This document shows positions 37,503 through 47,689 of a stretch of 64,000 nucleotides of DNA, piece by piece. Position numbers and translations under genes: made by a program. The stretch is from an uncultured Bacilli bacterium (lineage in GTDB: Bacteria; Bacillota_I; Bacilli_A; RF39; UBA660), in contig CANROU010000001.1 of NCBI GenBank assembly GCA_947632325.1, forward strand, positions 7,997 through 71,996, given 5' to 3'. The notes under the pieces are model-generated. The model was not told the origin of the DNA, searched no databases, and worked only from the letters and a program-made list of their open reading frames with translations. Within the stretch, counting starts at the first letter, position 1. The number at the start of each line of letters is the position of its first letter.

Positions 37503-38492
37503 TTATTGTTCCAATAGATTTAAGTTATCTAATAAAATACCACAACCATTAGCTACAGAGGTTAGTGGTTCATCAGCAATAAAAACAGGAACTTTTAATT
37601 CTTTAGAAAACAACTCTGGAAAACCTTCTATTAAAGATCCCCCTCCCGTTAAAACAATACCTTTATCAACAATATCGGCTGATAACTCTGGTGGTGTTTG
37701 TTCTAAAACATTTCTAGTTACCTTTATAATCTCGTACACACTATCATGAAGAGCCTCTTGGATTTCAACAGCATTCACCGTAATAATTTTTGGTAAACCC
37801 GTTACAATATCCCTGCCACGGACTTCCTCTTTCTCATTTTTATCAGGATTATAAATATTAGCTAAATTGATCTTAATATTCTCGGCCGTTCTTTGGCCAA
37901 TTAATAATTTGTATTTATCTTTTATGTATTTAATAATATCGTTATTAAAAGCATTACCGGCTATTCTAAGAGAGTTGCTTGTAACTATACCATTTAAGGA
38001 TAAAATAGCAATATCTGTAGTTCCGCCACCGATATCAATAACCATATTAGCACTAGGTTGAGAAATATCCATACCAGCGCCTATGGCCGCTACTTTTGGC
38101 TCCTCTTCCAAATATACTTTTTTAGCCCCCATACGCTCGGCCACTTCTTTAATAGCATTTTTTTCAACCTGCGTTGTATTGGATGGACAACATATTATAA
38201 TACGCGGTTTAGCTAATAATCCTTTAGCATTTACCTTTTTTATAAAATAATTAAGCATAGCTTCAGTAATTTCAAAATCATCTATTACGCCATCTCTCAT
38301 TGGCTCAACAGCCTTAACTTTACCAGGGGTTCTCCCCACCATTTCACTAGCTTCTTTACCTATCGCTAAAATTTTCTTATCATCAGTTTTTATAGCCACT
38401 ACACTAGGTTCATTTAAAACTATGCCTTCCCCTTTTACATAAATCAAAACATTTGCTGTTCCTAAATCTATACCAATATCTTTTGCCAACAC
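37503..38492 (-). CDS. mreB: rod-shape-determining actin homolog MreB/Mbl
   Basis: DIGIDLGTANVLIY..., actin/Hsp70 fold motifs. Adjacent to spoIIID, as mbl is in B. subtilis. Confidence 0.9.
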   Translation of the reverse strand: MLAKDIGIDLGTANVLIYVKGEGIVLNEPSVVAIKTDDKKILAIGKEASEMVGRTPGKVKAVEPMRDGVIDDFEITEAMLNYFIKKVNAKGLLAKPRIIICCPSNTTQVEKNAIKEVAERMGAKKVYLEEEPKVAAIGAGMDISQPSANMVIDIGGGTTDIAILSLNGIVTSNSLRIAGNAFNNDIIKYIKDKYKLLIGQRTAENIKINLANIYNPDKNEKEEVRGRDIVTGLPKIITVNAVEIQEALHDSVYEIIKVTRNVLEQTPPELSADIVDKGIVLTGGGSLIEGFPELFSKELKVPVFIADEPLTSVANGCGILLDNLNLLEQ

Positions 38493-38519
38493 ATGATCAC
38501 ATCCATTCTTCTACCATTA

Positions 38520-38795
38520 TTATTCTACCATAATCGTTTTTCTATTCCTAATTTTTTCATATTTTTCTTTTGTTTTTTTGCCACCTACTAAATGCCTTGT
38601 TTGAATATGTTTTTGAAAAATCTTTTGTACCTGATTATATAAATTAATATCTATTTTTTTTAATCTTTCGTTGAGATCTTTATGTATAGTACTTTTACTT
38701 ATAAACATCACTTTAGATAATTGCCTGATAGTCATATTAGTTCTTATTATTAACTTAGCCTCTTCTACTACTCTTGTTTTGATTACCTGATTCAC
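38520..38795 (-). CDS. spoIIID: stage III sporulation transcriptional regulator SpoIIID
   Basis: 91 aa with HTH SKSTIHKDLNERL and a C-terminal basic region, matching SpoIIID. Confidence 0.75.
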   Translation of the reverse strand: MNQVIKTRVVEEAKLIIRTNMTIRQLSKVMFISKSTIHKDLNERLKKIDINLYNQVQKIFQKHIQTRHLVGGKKTKEKYEKIRNRKTIMVE

Positions 38796-38867
38796 AATAT
38801 CACCTAATTTAATATATTTGCTAAGTATCTTTTTAGAACAAATTAAAAACTATTGTTTCCAATAGTT

Positions 38868-39500
38868 TTATTCACCAACTGTTTTTTCAAAATAATCTTC
38901 AGGATTAACAACTTGTCCTTTATTATAAAGCTCAAAATGCAAATGATTTTTCATTTCACTATCTAATTTGTTTTCTCCTGTCTTACCAATAATTTGCCCT
39001 TGTTTAACCACATCATCCTTTTGGACCGTTACTTCACTTAAACTTTGATAAATACTGATTAAATCATTATCATGTTGTATTTCTACTATTTTCCCTAACA
39101 ATTCATCTTCTTTTACATCAATCACTGTTCCATCCAATACGGAAACTACATCAAAAACATCATCCAAGATAAAATCCATTCCAGAGTTTTGCATATAAGT
39201 ATTCTCATAATGAACTATTGATTGCTCTTGTTTATCACTATCAGCTTTGTAATCATAATAATATTTTCCAATTTTTACATTTTCGTTGGTATATGGATAA
39301 ATCATTTTGACATCTGTACTTACTACGGGAATTTCATTTCCTAAAATAATACTAGATACATACGTTAAATCTTCATCAGTTACCTTACCTTTTAGTGTAG
39401 CATTCATTAACACTAACGTTGATGCTACGGCTATCAACACTAAATAGATCATTGGTAAAACAAAGGGTTTTAATTTTAACTTTTTTTTCATTTTTTCCAC
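38868..39500 (-). CDS. membrane-anchored M23/LytM-domain protein (SpoIIQ-like position)
   Basis: N-terminal TM segment and a C-terminal LytM domain with HLHFEL. Confidence 0.5.
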   Translation of the reverse strand: MEKMKKKLKLKPFVLPMIYLVLIAVASTLVLMNATLKGKVTDEDLTYVSSIILGNEIPVVSTDVKMIYPYTNENVKIGKYYYDYKADSDKQEQSIVHYENTYMQNSGMDFILDDVFDVVSVLDGTVIDVKEDELLGKIVEIQHDNDLISIYQSLSEVTVQKDDVVKQGQIIGKTGENKLDSEMKNHLHFELYNKGQVVNPEDYFEKTVGE

Positions 39501-39542
39501 CTCATTAAGAGTTTGGTCAAAATTTTAACTTTTATACTTATT

Positions 39543-39740
39543 TTAATAAAATTTTGAACTTAGAAAAAAATCATAAATAAAACTTGTCAACAAATAAATA
39601 ATTATTAAGCCCACGGCTAAATAGAAGATTCGAGCTTGCCATATTTTATTTTTTTTAAAAAAGTGATTTATATTTAAACTATCCATCGACCATATTACTA
39701 ACGGTGTAATAATCAAATAAATAAAAAATTTAACACTCAT
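39543..39740 (-). CDS. small hypothetical membrane protein
   Basis: 65 aa with two hydrophobic helices. Overlaps the upstream rpiB stop. Confidence 0.3.
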   Translation of the reverse strand: MSVKFFIYLIITPLVIWSMDSLNINHFFKKNKIWQARIFYLAVGLIIIYLLTSFIYDFFLSSKFY

Positions 39741-40221
39741 TGGCCTGTTCCTTCACATTGCTTTTTTTTACTGTCTTTCTCTTGGGTTTTTCATAATTAC
39801 TAATTTTATCTATACGTCTTTGATGTCTTTCAATATTAGAAAATTCAGTCGTTAAAAAAGCATCAATTATATCTTTAGCTTTGTAAGTAGGCATAGAACC
39901 ATTTAAAGCTATTATATTCGCATCATTATGGAGTTTAGCTAATTTAGCTTCTTTTATAGAATCTACTTTAGCACAACGTATATCTTTTACTTTATTACAC
40001 GCTATACTAATACCAATGCCACTACCACAAACAGCAATTCCTAAAGCTATTTCTTTGGCAGCTACTTTTTCTCCTAGTAAAAAGGCATAATCAGGATAAT
40101 CAACGCTATCTTTATTAGTAGTCCCTAAATCTACTGTATCATAACCTTTTTGAGTTAAATATTTTAGTAATTTTTGTTTTAAATAGTAACCTCTGTGATC
40201 ACTTGCTAAACCAATATTCAT
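39730..40221 (-). CDS. rpiB: ribose-5-phosphate isomerase B
   Basis: MNIGLASDHRGYYLKQKLLKYL...GIAVCGSGIGISIACNKV, typical RpiB/LacAB. Confidence 0.8.
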   Translation of the reverse strand: MNIGLASDHRGYYLKQKLLKYLTQKGYDTVDLGTTNKDSVDYPDYAFLLGEKVAAKEIALGIAVCGSGIGISIACNKVKDIRCAKVDSIKEAKLAKLHNDANIIALNGSMPTYKAKDIIDAFLTTEFSNIERHQRRIDKISNYEKPKRKTVKKSNVKEQANEC

Positions 40222-40310
40222 ATCTTCACCTCTACTATACGGTATTATAACATAAATTAAGATAATGTTGTGTGTATTTTCTTTTCAACAAAAAAAAGCG
40301 TAAAGCTTTT

Positions 40311-40514
40311 TTAGTTATCAAATCCATATTTTTTGTTGAATTTATCAACACGACCAGTTTTAGATGTCCTGTTTTGTTTACCTGTATAAAATGGATGACA
40401 CTTAGAACATACTTCAACACTTATTTCATCCTTTGTTGATCTTGTTGTAAATGTTTCTCCACAAGCACAGGTAACTTTAGTATCTTTATATTCTGGATGA
40501 ATTCCTTTTTTCAT
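40311..40514 (-). CDS. rpmE: 50S ribosomal protein L31 (zinc-binding type)
   Basis: [10 protein letters not shown]...CACGETF...[10 protein letters not shown]. Confidence 0.9.
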   Translation of the reverse strand: MKKGIHPEYKDTKVTCACGETFTTRSTKDEISVEVCSKCHPFYTGKQNRTSKTGRVDKFNKKYGFDN

Positions 40515-40597
40515 TTTATCTCTCCTTCCGCCATGACATTTCTGCCATAGTTATGCAATGTGTTAATAGTATAGCAAGAAAAAGTATTTTTTTCAAG

Positions 40598-41353
40598 CTA
40601 ATTAATAACATTTTTTTCTAAATAATCTATAACTTTATTGCTCATAACTTCATAACCTTTGGTATTAGGATGAATATTTATAGGATTAGGCAAATAATCA
40701 TCATGATTTTTAAATGATTCATATACAGATAAGTATTTTATTTTATATTTATCACACAATTTTTGATATTGTTTATCAGCATAAGCAAATAATTCATCTA
40801 TTTCCTTATCATATTGACCTTCAGTTAATCTAGGCAACGGATTATAATATCCCAAGACAATGATTTCATTTTTAGCGTATTTTCTAACTTCCTTAAAAAC
40901 TTCATTTAACTTAGGTAAAATTTGATCTACTTTCGATTTTAAATCGTTTTGACCAAGATTATCAATAATGTTATTTAAAGTAAATCCCGCTATAAAATCA
41001 TTGGCTCCAATTGATATGGTAACTAAATCAGATTCTCGTAAAGAGGCTTTAATGTTGATAATTTTATCATCGATTTGAATTGTTTTATTATTGTTTATAT
41101 CGTCTAATAAATCTTGAATTTTATCACCGCTTTCAGCAAAACCTTTAGTATAAAATTTTAATAAATTATTACGGTCTAAATAATTCGCTATATAATCAGC
41201 ATAACCATAATCAACCTTTCCATATGGATTTTCTCCTATAGCCAAAGAATCACCTAAGGCAATATAATTCATTCGTTTATCATTACAAGTGATATAAATT
41301 ATAAACACAGTTAAAAACACTAGAATACTGACAATAAGTTTTTTATGTTTCAT
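40598..41353 (-). CDS. secreted SGNH/GDSL-family hydrolase
   Basis: N-terminal anchor or signal peptide, then a GDSL block (YIALGDSLAIGEN). Confidence 0.6.
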   Translation of the reverse strand: MKHKKLIVSILVFLTVFIIYITCNDKRMNYIALGDSLAIGENPYGKVDYGYADYIANYLDRNNLLKFYTKGFAESGDKIQDLLDDINNNKTIQIDDKIINIKASLRESDLVTISIGANDFIAGFTLNNIIDNLGQNDLKSKVDQILPKLNEVFKEVRKYAKNEIIVLGYYNPLPRLTEGQYDKEIDELFAYADKQYQKLCDKYKIKYLSVYESFKNHDDYLPNPINIHPNTKGYEVMSNKVIDYLEKNVIN

Positions 41354-41390
41354 AATTTTCCTCCAACAAAAAAATAGAGATTACTCTATA

Positions 41391-42647
41391 TTAATCTATT
41401 TCTTTAATCTCTATTTTAGCACCTACATTTGTCAGTTTTTCTACTATTTGCTCATATCCTCTTAAGATATGTTCGACATTTTTTATTATTGTTTTACCAG
41501 AGGCTAATAATCCTGCGGCTACTAAGGATGCACCTGCTCTTAAATCTGTTGCTTCTACTTCGCAACCTGTAAGTAATGTTGGTCCATTAATACAAGCTTT
41601 TTGCCCTACTATTTCAATTTTTGCCCCCATGTTATTTAAATATGGAACTTGCATAAAGCGATTTTCCCAAATTGTTTCTTCAATAGTTGATTTTCCTAAA
41701 CATTGTGTTAACAAAGTCATAAATGGTTGTTGTAAATCTGTTGGAAAGCCAGGATAGGTTAAGGTCTTAATATTAACAGGTTTGTATTTTTCCTTTTTAG
41801 TTACTTCGATATAATCTTGACCTATTTGCATATCTACTCCCATTTCACTCATCTTAGATATCAAAGCTTCTAAATGCTCAGGTATGACATTTTTAATTTT
41901 TAAATTTTTACCACATAAGGCTCCTATAATTAGATATGTTCCAGCCTCAATTCGATCAGGTATTACTTCATGAAAACAACCGTGTAAACTATCAACACCA
42001 TCAATTATAATAGTACTTGTACCAGCGCCTGTTATTTTAGCTCCCATATTATTTAAAAAAGTAGCAACGTTAACAATTTCTGGCTCTTTAGCAGCATTAT
42101 CAATAATAGTTTTTCCTGTGGCTTTAACTGCTGCCAACATAATATTTATGGTTGCCCCAACAGATGCAAAGTCTAAATAAATATCGGCTCCTTTTAATTT
42201 TTCAGCTTCTACTATATAACAATTTCCTTCTTGAGTGACAGTTGCTCCTAAGGCTTCAAATCCTTTTAGATGTAAATTAATAGGTCGTAATCCAATTGAA
42301 CATCCACCGGGAAAATACATTTGTACTCTTTTATATTTTCCTAATAGAGCTCCCATAAAATAGTATGAAGCGCGTAATTTTTTTGATAACCGTTCATCTA
42401 TTTTTTTATTATTAATATTTTTAGGGTCTAAAATTAATGTTTCTTTATCCTTCTTTATTTTAACTCCTAAGTAAGTCAAAATATCACACAGTGCTTTGGT
42501 ATCAGCAATATCTGGAATATTATATATTGTAACTAGATCATCAGCTAAAATGGCCGCTGGAATTAAAGCAACAGCACTATTTTTAGCGCCGGCGATAGTC
42601 AGTGTTCCTGTCAATTCTCGATTACCAATAATTTCTAATGCTTTCAT
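41391..42647 (-). CDS. murA: UDP-N-acetylglucosamine 1-carboxyvinyltransferase
   Basis: MurA/EPSP-synthase fold with the active-site Cys region (MYFPGGCSIGLRPINLH). Confidence 0.9.
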   Translation of the reverse strand: MKALEIIGNRELTGTLTIAGAKNSAVALIPAAILADDLVTIYNIPDIADTKALCDILTYLGVKIKKDKETLILDPKNINNKKIDERLSKKLRASYYFMGALLGKYKRVQMYFPGGCSIGLRPINLHLKGFEALGATVTQEGNCYIVEAEKLKGADIYLDFASVGATINIMLAAVKATGKTIIDNAAKEPEIVNVATFLNNMGAKITGAGTSTIIIDGVDSLHGCFHEVIPDRIEAGTYLIIGALCGKNLKIKNVIPEHLEALISKMSEMGVDMQIGQDYIEVTKKEKYKPVNIKTLTYPGFPTDLQQPFMTLLTQCLGKSTIEETIWENRFMQVPYLNNMGAKIEIVGQKACINGPTLLTGCEVEATDLRAGASLVAAGLLASGKTIIKNVEHILRGYEQIVEKLTNVGAKIEIKEID

Positions 42648-42709
42648 GTACCACCTCTAATTAAACATTCTACTATATTTTATTATGCTTTTTAATTTTG
42701 TTACCTTTT

Positions 42710-43576
42710 TTATAATTTGGAAATTTTAGGGGTTTTAAATAAAGTCACAAATTCTTCTATACGTTTTTTGACGGCCATCTCACCACTACTGATTACTTTC
42801 CTTGGATCATAAACATCTTTATTGTTTAAGAGAAATTCCCGCACACTGTTACACCAAGTTATTTGTAAGTCTGTATTAATATTAACTTTAGCAATACCAC
42901 AATCAATGGCTTTGGCAATATCTTCCTTAGAAAGGCCTGTTCCACCATGTAACACTAGAGGAATAGGCAAATTATCATTTATTTTCCTCATCGTATTATA
43001 ATCTAAATTTGGTTTTCCTTTATATAAACCATGGACACTTCCTAAGGCTGGAGCAATAGAATCTATTTTTGTTTCTTGATATAATTTAAGACAATCATCC
43101 AATTTGGCAAAATATTTTTGATCAGCGGATCCCACATCACTTCCACCAATATGTCCTATTTCAGCTTCAACTGTCACATTTTTATAATGGGCCATTTTGA
43201 CAACCTCTTTGGTTAATCTAATGTTTTCCGTTAAAGGAAATTTAGAACCATCTATCATTACCGATGTAAAACCAGCGGCAATAGCCTTACTACAAGCTTC
43301 TACACTAGCTCCATGATCTAAATGCAAACAAACAGGAATAGTTAATTTTAAATCTTTATCTAATCCTTTAACTAATGATGCTACTGTATTATACCCTCCC
43401 ATATATTTAATCGCACCTTCACTTACTCCCAAAATAACTGGAACTTGTAAAGCTTGACACGTTTCTAAAATATATTTGGTCCATTCCAAATTATTAATAT
43501 TAAAATGAGCAACGGCGTATTTATTTTTTTTGGCATCTAACAACATTTTTTCGCTATTGACAATCATTTTTATCAC
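42710..43576 (-). CDS. fba: class II fructose-bisphosphate aldolase
   Basis: Typical FbaA motifs (HLDHG, GTGLSKEDI). fba-murA linkage matches B. subtilis. Confidence 0.9.
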   Translation of the reverse strand: MIKMIVNSEKMLLDAKKNKYAVAHFNINNLEWTKYILETCQALQVPVILGVSEGAIKYMGGYNTVASLVKGLDKDLKLTIPVCLHLDHGASVEACSKAIAAGFTSVMIDGSKFPLTENIRLTKEVVKMAHYKNVTVEAEIGHIGGSDVGSADQKYFAKLDDCLKLYQETKIDSIAPALGSVHGLYKGKPNLDYNTMRKINDNLPIPLVLHGGTGLSKEDIAKAIDCGIAKVNINTDLQITWCNSVREFLLNNKDVYDPRKVISSGEMAVKKRIEEFVTLFKTPKISKL

Positions 43577-43599
43577 CTAATTTAATCATAGTAAGCTCC

Positions 43600-44340
43600 T
43601 ATTATTTTGTCAAGTAAAAATCCACCCTTAAAAAGGGTGGTTTTTCTCTGAAGCCTGTAAGGCTTGACACTGGCTGCTACCATTTGGTAGCTCTTTTAGT
43701 CTGCCAATTGCCTTTATCACTATTACTTACCCGTAAACGGGTCTTTATATTCCTTCAAACTTCTTTGGTCTTTTATTTTATCTTCCAAATCTTGATTTTG
43801 TATATAATGTTTTATTGTATTTTTATTTAATCCTACTGTACTCACGTAATATCCTTCTGCCCAAAAATGTCTATTTCCATAATTATATTTTAAATTGGCA
43901 TGTTCTTCAAATATCATTAGACTACTTTTACCCTTTAAATATCCCATAAAAGATGATACACTAATTTTAGGTGGAATTTTCACTAACATATGTATATGAT
44001 CAGGACATGCTTGTGCTTCTACTATCTCAACTCCTTTATAATCACATAGTCTTCTTAAATATACTCCTATATCTCTTCTGAGTTTTCTGTATATTGCTTT
44101 TCTTCTATATTTTGGTGTGAAGACTATGTGATATTGGCAATTCCATCTTGTATGAGATAATGAGCTTTCATCATCATTTTTTCGTCTCATAAAATAAATC
44201 CTCCTCTGATTTTAGATTTTGGTTGGCAGACCATCATCTATTATATCAAAGGAGGATTTATTTTTCTCTTAACGCTATCGCTTCTTCAGCTCTCACCCGC
44301 ATAGCGGGTGGTTTTATTATGTTCCTATCCCGGAACATAA
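43600..44340. mobile_element. IS200/IS605-family element (GC-rich relative to its surroundings) with subterminal hairpins
   Basis: Y1 transposase gene flanked by hairpins: CCACCCTT-AAAA-AGGGTGG (43621-43640), CACCCGC-ata-GCGGGTG (44294-44310) and GTTCC-tatccc-GGAAC (44321-44336). No inverted repeats, as expected for this family. Confidence 0.6.
43723..44190 (-). CDS. tnpA: IS200/IS605 family transposase TnpA (HUH/Y1)
   Basis: HUH motif HIHMLV and a catalytic Tyr region. 155 aa, the typical size. Confidence 0.85.
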   Translation of the reverse strand: MRRKNDDESSLSHTRWNCQYHIVFTPKYRRKAIYRKLRRDIGVYLRRLCDYKGVEIVEAQACPDHIHMLVKIPPKISVSSFMGYLKGKSSLMIFEEHANLKYNYGNRHFWAEGYYVSTVGLNKNTIKHYIQNQDLEDKIKDQRSLKEYKDPFTGK

Positions 44341-44361
44341 TAAAAAAAGCCATAGTTGACA

Positions 44362-44529
44362 CTATTTGGCTCCGTCGTTTTGGGCAATAATTTCGTTTTC
44401 AACATTTTGATAATATTCTTTACCATATTCTATGGTAACTTTTTTTCTTTCTAGACTACTGTGATTTGGTTTTTTGGTTAAAGGTATCAATTTTTTATAA
44501 TTAAAATTTTTTCTTTTGATTTCTTTCAT
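44362..44529 (-). CDS. small hypothetical protein (55 aa, absent from the ORF track)
   Basis: MKEIKRKNFNYKKLIPLTKKPNHSSLERKKVTIEYGKEYYQNVENEIIAQNDGAK, with GAGGTGAGAT 7 nt upstream. No homology evident. Confidence 0.25.
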   Translation of the reverse strand: MKEIKRKNFNYKKLIPLTKKPNHSSLERKKVTIEYGKEYYQNVENEIIAQNDGAK

Positions 44530-44567
44530 TATCTCACCTCTAGTAATATTATACCCCGTTTTCCCTA

Positions 44568-45113
44568 TTATATAAGAAAATAATAAATAGAAAGTCCAAT
44601 TAAAATAATACTACCAAATACAGTTGCTATTTTACCAAATTGCTTATTTAAACCCGTTCCTATCGTCAAACCTATATAGGTAAAGAGACCACTAATCATA
44701 GAGTATATTAAAGATGATAAAATAATTTCTAAATAGGGCTGTTGAAAAGTACCAAAGCCCATTCCAATAGAAAAACTATCAATACTAACAGTAAGTCCAA
44801 ATAGTAATAGTGATCCTTTGGTTTGAAGATTTTTAACTTCCTCTTCCTTTTTGATGGACCATAACATTTGAAGCGCAATAACCAAAAAGATAAATCCTAT
44901 TAGTATTTCAGGATTTAAAATATATTTAGATAAAACATTGTCACCTAACAAATATCCTAATTGTGGATTAATAAAATGATATAGAGCTACAATACTACTT
45001 AATAGCCATTTCTTTCTTTTAGAAATATTTATAGTTCCATAAATAATCGCCAAAGAAAAAGCATCCATACTAAGACCTATTCCAATTAATATGTTGGTCA
45101 AAAGAAAAGACAT
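44568..45113 (-). CDS. mntP: manganese efflux pump MntP (DUF204)
   Basis: Two repeated GLSMDAFS / SIDSFSIG motifs in a 6-TM protein. Confidence 0.7.
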   Translation of the reverse strand: MSFLLTNILIGIGLSMDAFSLAIIYGTINISKRKKWLLSSIVALYHFINPQLGYLLGDNVLSKYILNPEILIGFIFLVIALQMLWSIKKEEEVKNLQTKGSLLLFGLTVSIDSFSIGMGFGTFQQPYLEIILSSLIYSMISGLFTYIGLTIGTGLNKQFGKIATVFGSIILIGLSIYYFLI

Positions 45114-45150
45114 AAGATCAACTCCTCTTATATCTTACGGTTATCGCTTA

Positions 45151-45690
45151 TTATTCATGCTTAAAAACTTTATCTAACATCTCTTGAACAAAGAATTTAT
45201 ATTCAACTTCACTACTTTCTTGTTCTTCAGTAGCCTCTAAAAGACAAAGGGGTGGAAATAAAACGCACCACCAATTATCACCTTCGCCATTTCCTAAAGT
45301 TATAACTAAAGATTCATAGTATCCTTCTTCATATATGAGACCTTTATATTTTTTAGGAGGAAAATAATTTAAGCCATAATTTAATTTAAAGGGTTGGCTA
45401 TTACCTGAGGATGTTAAAGTTTCATCAACTATTACTTCTATGTGTGGTAGCTCTTTTTCAATTAAAGAACGGGCTTCAGCAATTGATTTTGTGTCTTTCA
45501 AGAGTTCATAGAGTTTTTTTTGAACATTTTGTTGTACTTTACCCTTTAACTGTTGGTCATCTGTATTATTACTATTAGGTATAATTCGTAAGCGTATTGC
45601 TTCATTTGGTATCTTTGGTTGTTTAGCATTAATATTAGTAAAAGTTAAAACAACTCCACCTATTAGAAGTAAGAATATTAATTTTTTCAT
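45151..45690 (-). CDS. spoIIR: stage II sporulation protein R
   Basis: Signal peptide, RLRIIPNSNNTDDQQLK region and the signature GDNWWCVLFPPLC. Confidence 0.8.
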   Translation of the reverse strand: MKKLIFLLLIGGVVLTFTNINAKQPKIPNEAIRLRIIPNSNNTDDQQLKGKVQQNVQKKLYELLKDTKSIAEARSLIEKELPHIEVIVDETLTSSGNSQPFKLNYGLNYFPPKKYKGLIYEEGYYESLVITLGNGEGDNWWCVLFPPLCLLEATEEQESSEVEYKFFVQEMLDKVFKHE

Positions 45691-45734
45691 AAAAAATCAC
45701 CTTTCATTTTCATGGTGAGGGATTTTTTATATTT

Positions 45735-46571
45735 TTATACTAATTTATGAAAAACAAAAATCATTCTATTTCGACCTTGTAAATCTTTTTTAGTTATTAT
45801 ATTAACATCATCTAAATTATCGTATATCAATTTAATAACATCATCTTTTTGATCACAACCTATTTCAAAAGCTATTAAATACTTTTCATTAACGTGCTTA
45901 GGAACATCTTTTAATATTTTACGATAATAATCCAATCCATCAATGCCTCCATATAAAGCTAGCTTTGGCTCATTGTTTTTAACAATATCTTCAATTGGCT
46001 CATTTTCTTTAATATATGGTGGATTGCTGATAATTATATCATAGGTTTCTCTTACTTCCTGTAACATATCACTTTTAATAATATTAACATCAACATCATT
46101 TTCTAAAGCATTAGTTTGAGCAACATCTAAACACTTTGAATCAATATCAACCAATGTAACATCAATATTAGGACACTTTTTTTTAATTGTTATTCCTATT
46201 ACTCCACTACCACAACCAAGATCGATAAGCTTTATGTTCTTTTTATCATAATATTTATTAATATAATGTAAAGTGTTTTCAACCAATTCTTCTGTCTCAA
46301 ATCGTGGTATTAAAACATTTTTAGTAACTTTAAACGTATAACCATAAAAATTAACATGCCCTAAAACATATTGAATGGGCTGCCCTGACAATAAAGCGTC
46401 AATCATTTTTTGATAGATTTGACAGGTTTGTATCTGTATATCTTCATCTAAGTGATTTAATAATTCTAATGGATTATAACCCAAGAGATCGCTTAGTAAC
46501 ATTCTTGATTGCGTTTTATGAATATACTTAGCCCCAAGGCTTAATAAATCTTCTACTTTCATATTATTCAC
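45735..46571 (-). CDS. prmC: release factor glutamine N5-methyltransferase PrmC/HemK
   Basis: SAM-binding LDLGCGSG and the NPPY motif. Lies immediately downstream of prfA. Confidence 0.85.
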   Translation of the reverse strand: MNNMKVEDLLSLGAKYIHKTQSRMLLSDLLGYNPLELLNHLDEDIQIQTCQIYQKMIDALLSGQPIQYVLGHVNFYGYTFKVTKNVLIPRFETEELVENTLHYINKYYDKKNIKLIDLGCGSGVIGITIKKKCPNIDVTLVDIDSKCLDVAQTNALENDVDVNIIKSDMLQEVRETYDIIISNPPYIKENEPIEDIVKNNEPKLALYGGIDGLDYYRKILKDVPKHVNEKYLIAFEIGCDQKDDVIKLIYDNLDDVNIITKKDLQGRNRMIFVFHKLV

Positions 46572-47619
46572 TCATCATTTTTTGCTTTTGATCTTCTATG
46601 GTTAAGGCATTTATAATTTCATCTAAATCTCCGTTCATTACTCGATCTAGATTTTTGGTTGTAAATCCAATACGGTGATCTGTAACTCGATTTTGGGGAT
46701 AATTATAAGTTCGAATTTTTTCAGCTCTATCACCAGTACCTATTTTACTACGACGCATTTGTCCTTCTTTCTGTTCAAGTTCCTGTTGTTTTTGTTCATA
46801 AAGACGCGCCTTTAAAACTTTCATAGCTTGTTCCTTGTTTTGAATTTGGCTTCTTTCATTTTGACATGTTACTACTGTATTAGTGGGTATATGAGTTATT
46901 CTTACTGCTGAATCTGTGGTATTTACACCTTGGCCACCGCAACCACTACTACGATAAATATCTATACGTAAATCAGTAGGTTTAATTTCAATATCAACTT
47001 CTTCGGCTTCAGGCATTACCAATACTGTAGCTGTAGATGTTTGTAAGCGTCCATTGGCTTCAGTAGTAGGAACCCGCTGAACTCGGTGAGCACCGCTTTC
47101 ATATTTAAAAGTACTATAAGCATTATTGCCTTTAATCATAAATTCTATTTGACTAAAGCCACCAGCTTCTCCTTCGATAGCATTATAAACGTTTATTTTA
47201 TAACCTTTTTTTTCAGCATATCTAGAATACATTCTAAATAAATCACCGGCAAAAATATTAGCTTCGTCACCTCCTGCAGCTCCCCTTATTTCAACTATAA
47301 CGTTTTTATCGTCATTAGGATCCTTAGGAATTAATAGCTGTTCTAGTTCTTTTTCTAAAGTTGCTTTTTTATTTTCTAAAGAGGCAATTTCATCTTTAGC
47401 CATTTCAGCTAGATCTTTATCATTTAATAATTCTTTAGTATCTTCTAACTGCTGTAGACAATCTTTATAATTTTGATAGACTTTAACAGCATCTTCTAAA
47501 TCATTCATTTCTTTAGATAATTGTCTGGTTTTATTAAGGTCTTTTAAAATATCTTCTTTAGTCAATTCTTGTTGTATTTCTTGATATCTTTTTTCCATGA
47601 TCTCTAATCTTTCTTTCAT
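46564..47619 (-). CDS. prfA: peptide chain release factor 1
   Basis: GGQ motif plus the RF1-specific PxT-type region (PTTEANGRLQTST). Start at MKERL (ATG 47619). Confidence 0.9.
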   Translation of the reverse strand: MKERLEIMEKRYQEIQQELTKEDILKDLNKTRQLSKEMNDLEDAVKVYQNYKDCLQQLEDTKELLNDKDLAEMAKDEIASLENKKATLEKELEQLLIPKDPNDDKNVIVEIRGAAGGDEANIFAGDLFRMYSRYAEKKGYKINVYNAIEGEAGGFSQIEFMIKGNNAYSTFKYESGAHRVQRVPTTEANGRLQTSTATVLVMPEAEEVDIEIKPTDLRIDIYRSSGCGGQGVNTTDSAVRITHIPTNTVVTCQNERSQIQNKEQAMKVLKARLYEQKQQELEQKEGQMRRSKIGTGDRAEKIRTYNYPQNRVTDHRIGFTTKNLDRVMNGDLDEIINALTIEDQKQKMMSE

Positions 47620-47689
47620 AGAACCATCCTTTCTCTTCTTAAATCTATTATAGCATACACTTATGTACAATATTATCTAAAAACTAGAA

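Noticed and set aside
40235-40420. 61-aa ORF overlapping rpmE on the same strand
   Set aside because: It overlaps the well-conserved L31 reading frame in a different frame and has no supporting features.
45114-45150. Expected yybP-ykoY (Mn) riboswitch upstream of mntP
   Set aside because: Only 37 bp separate mntP from spoIIR and there is no room for the riboswitch. mntP is probably co-transcribed, or regulated differently here.
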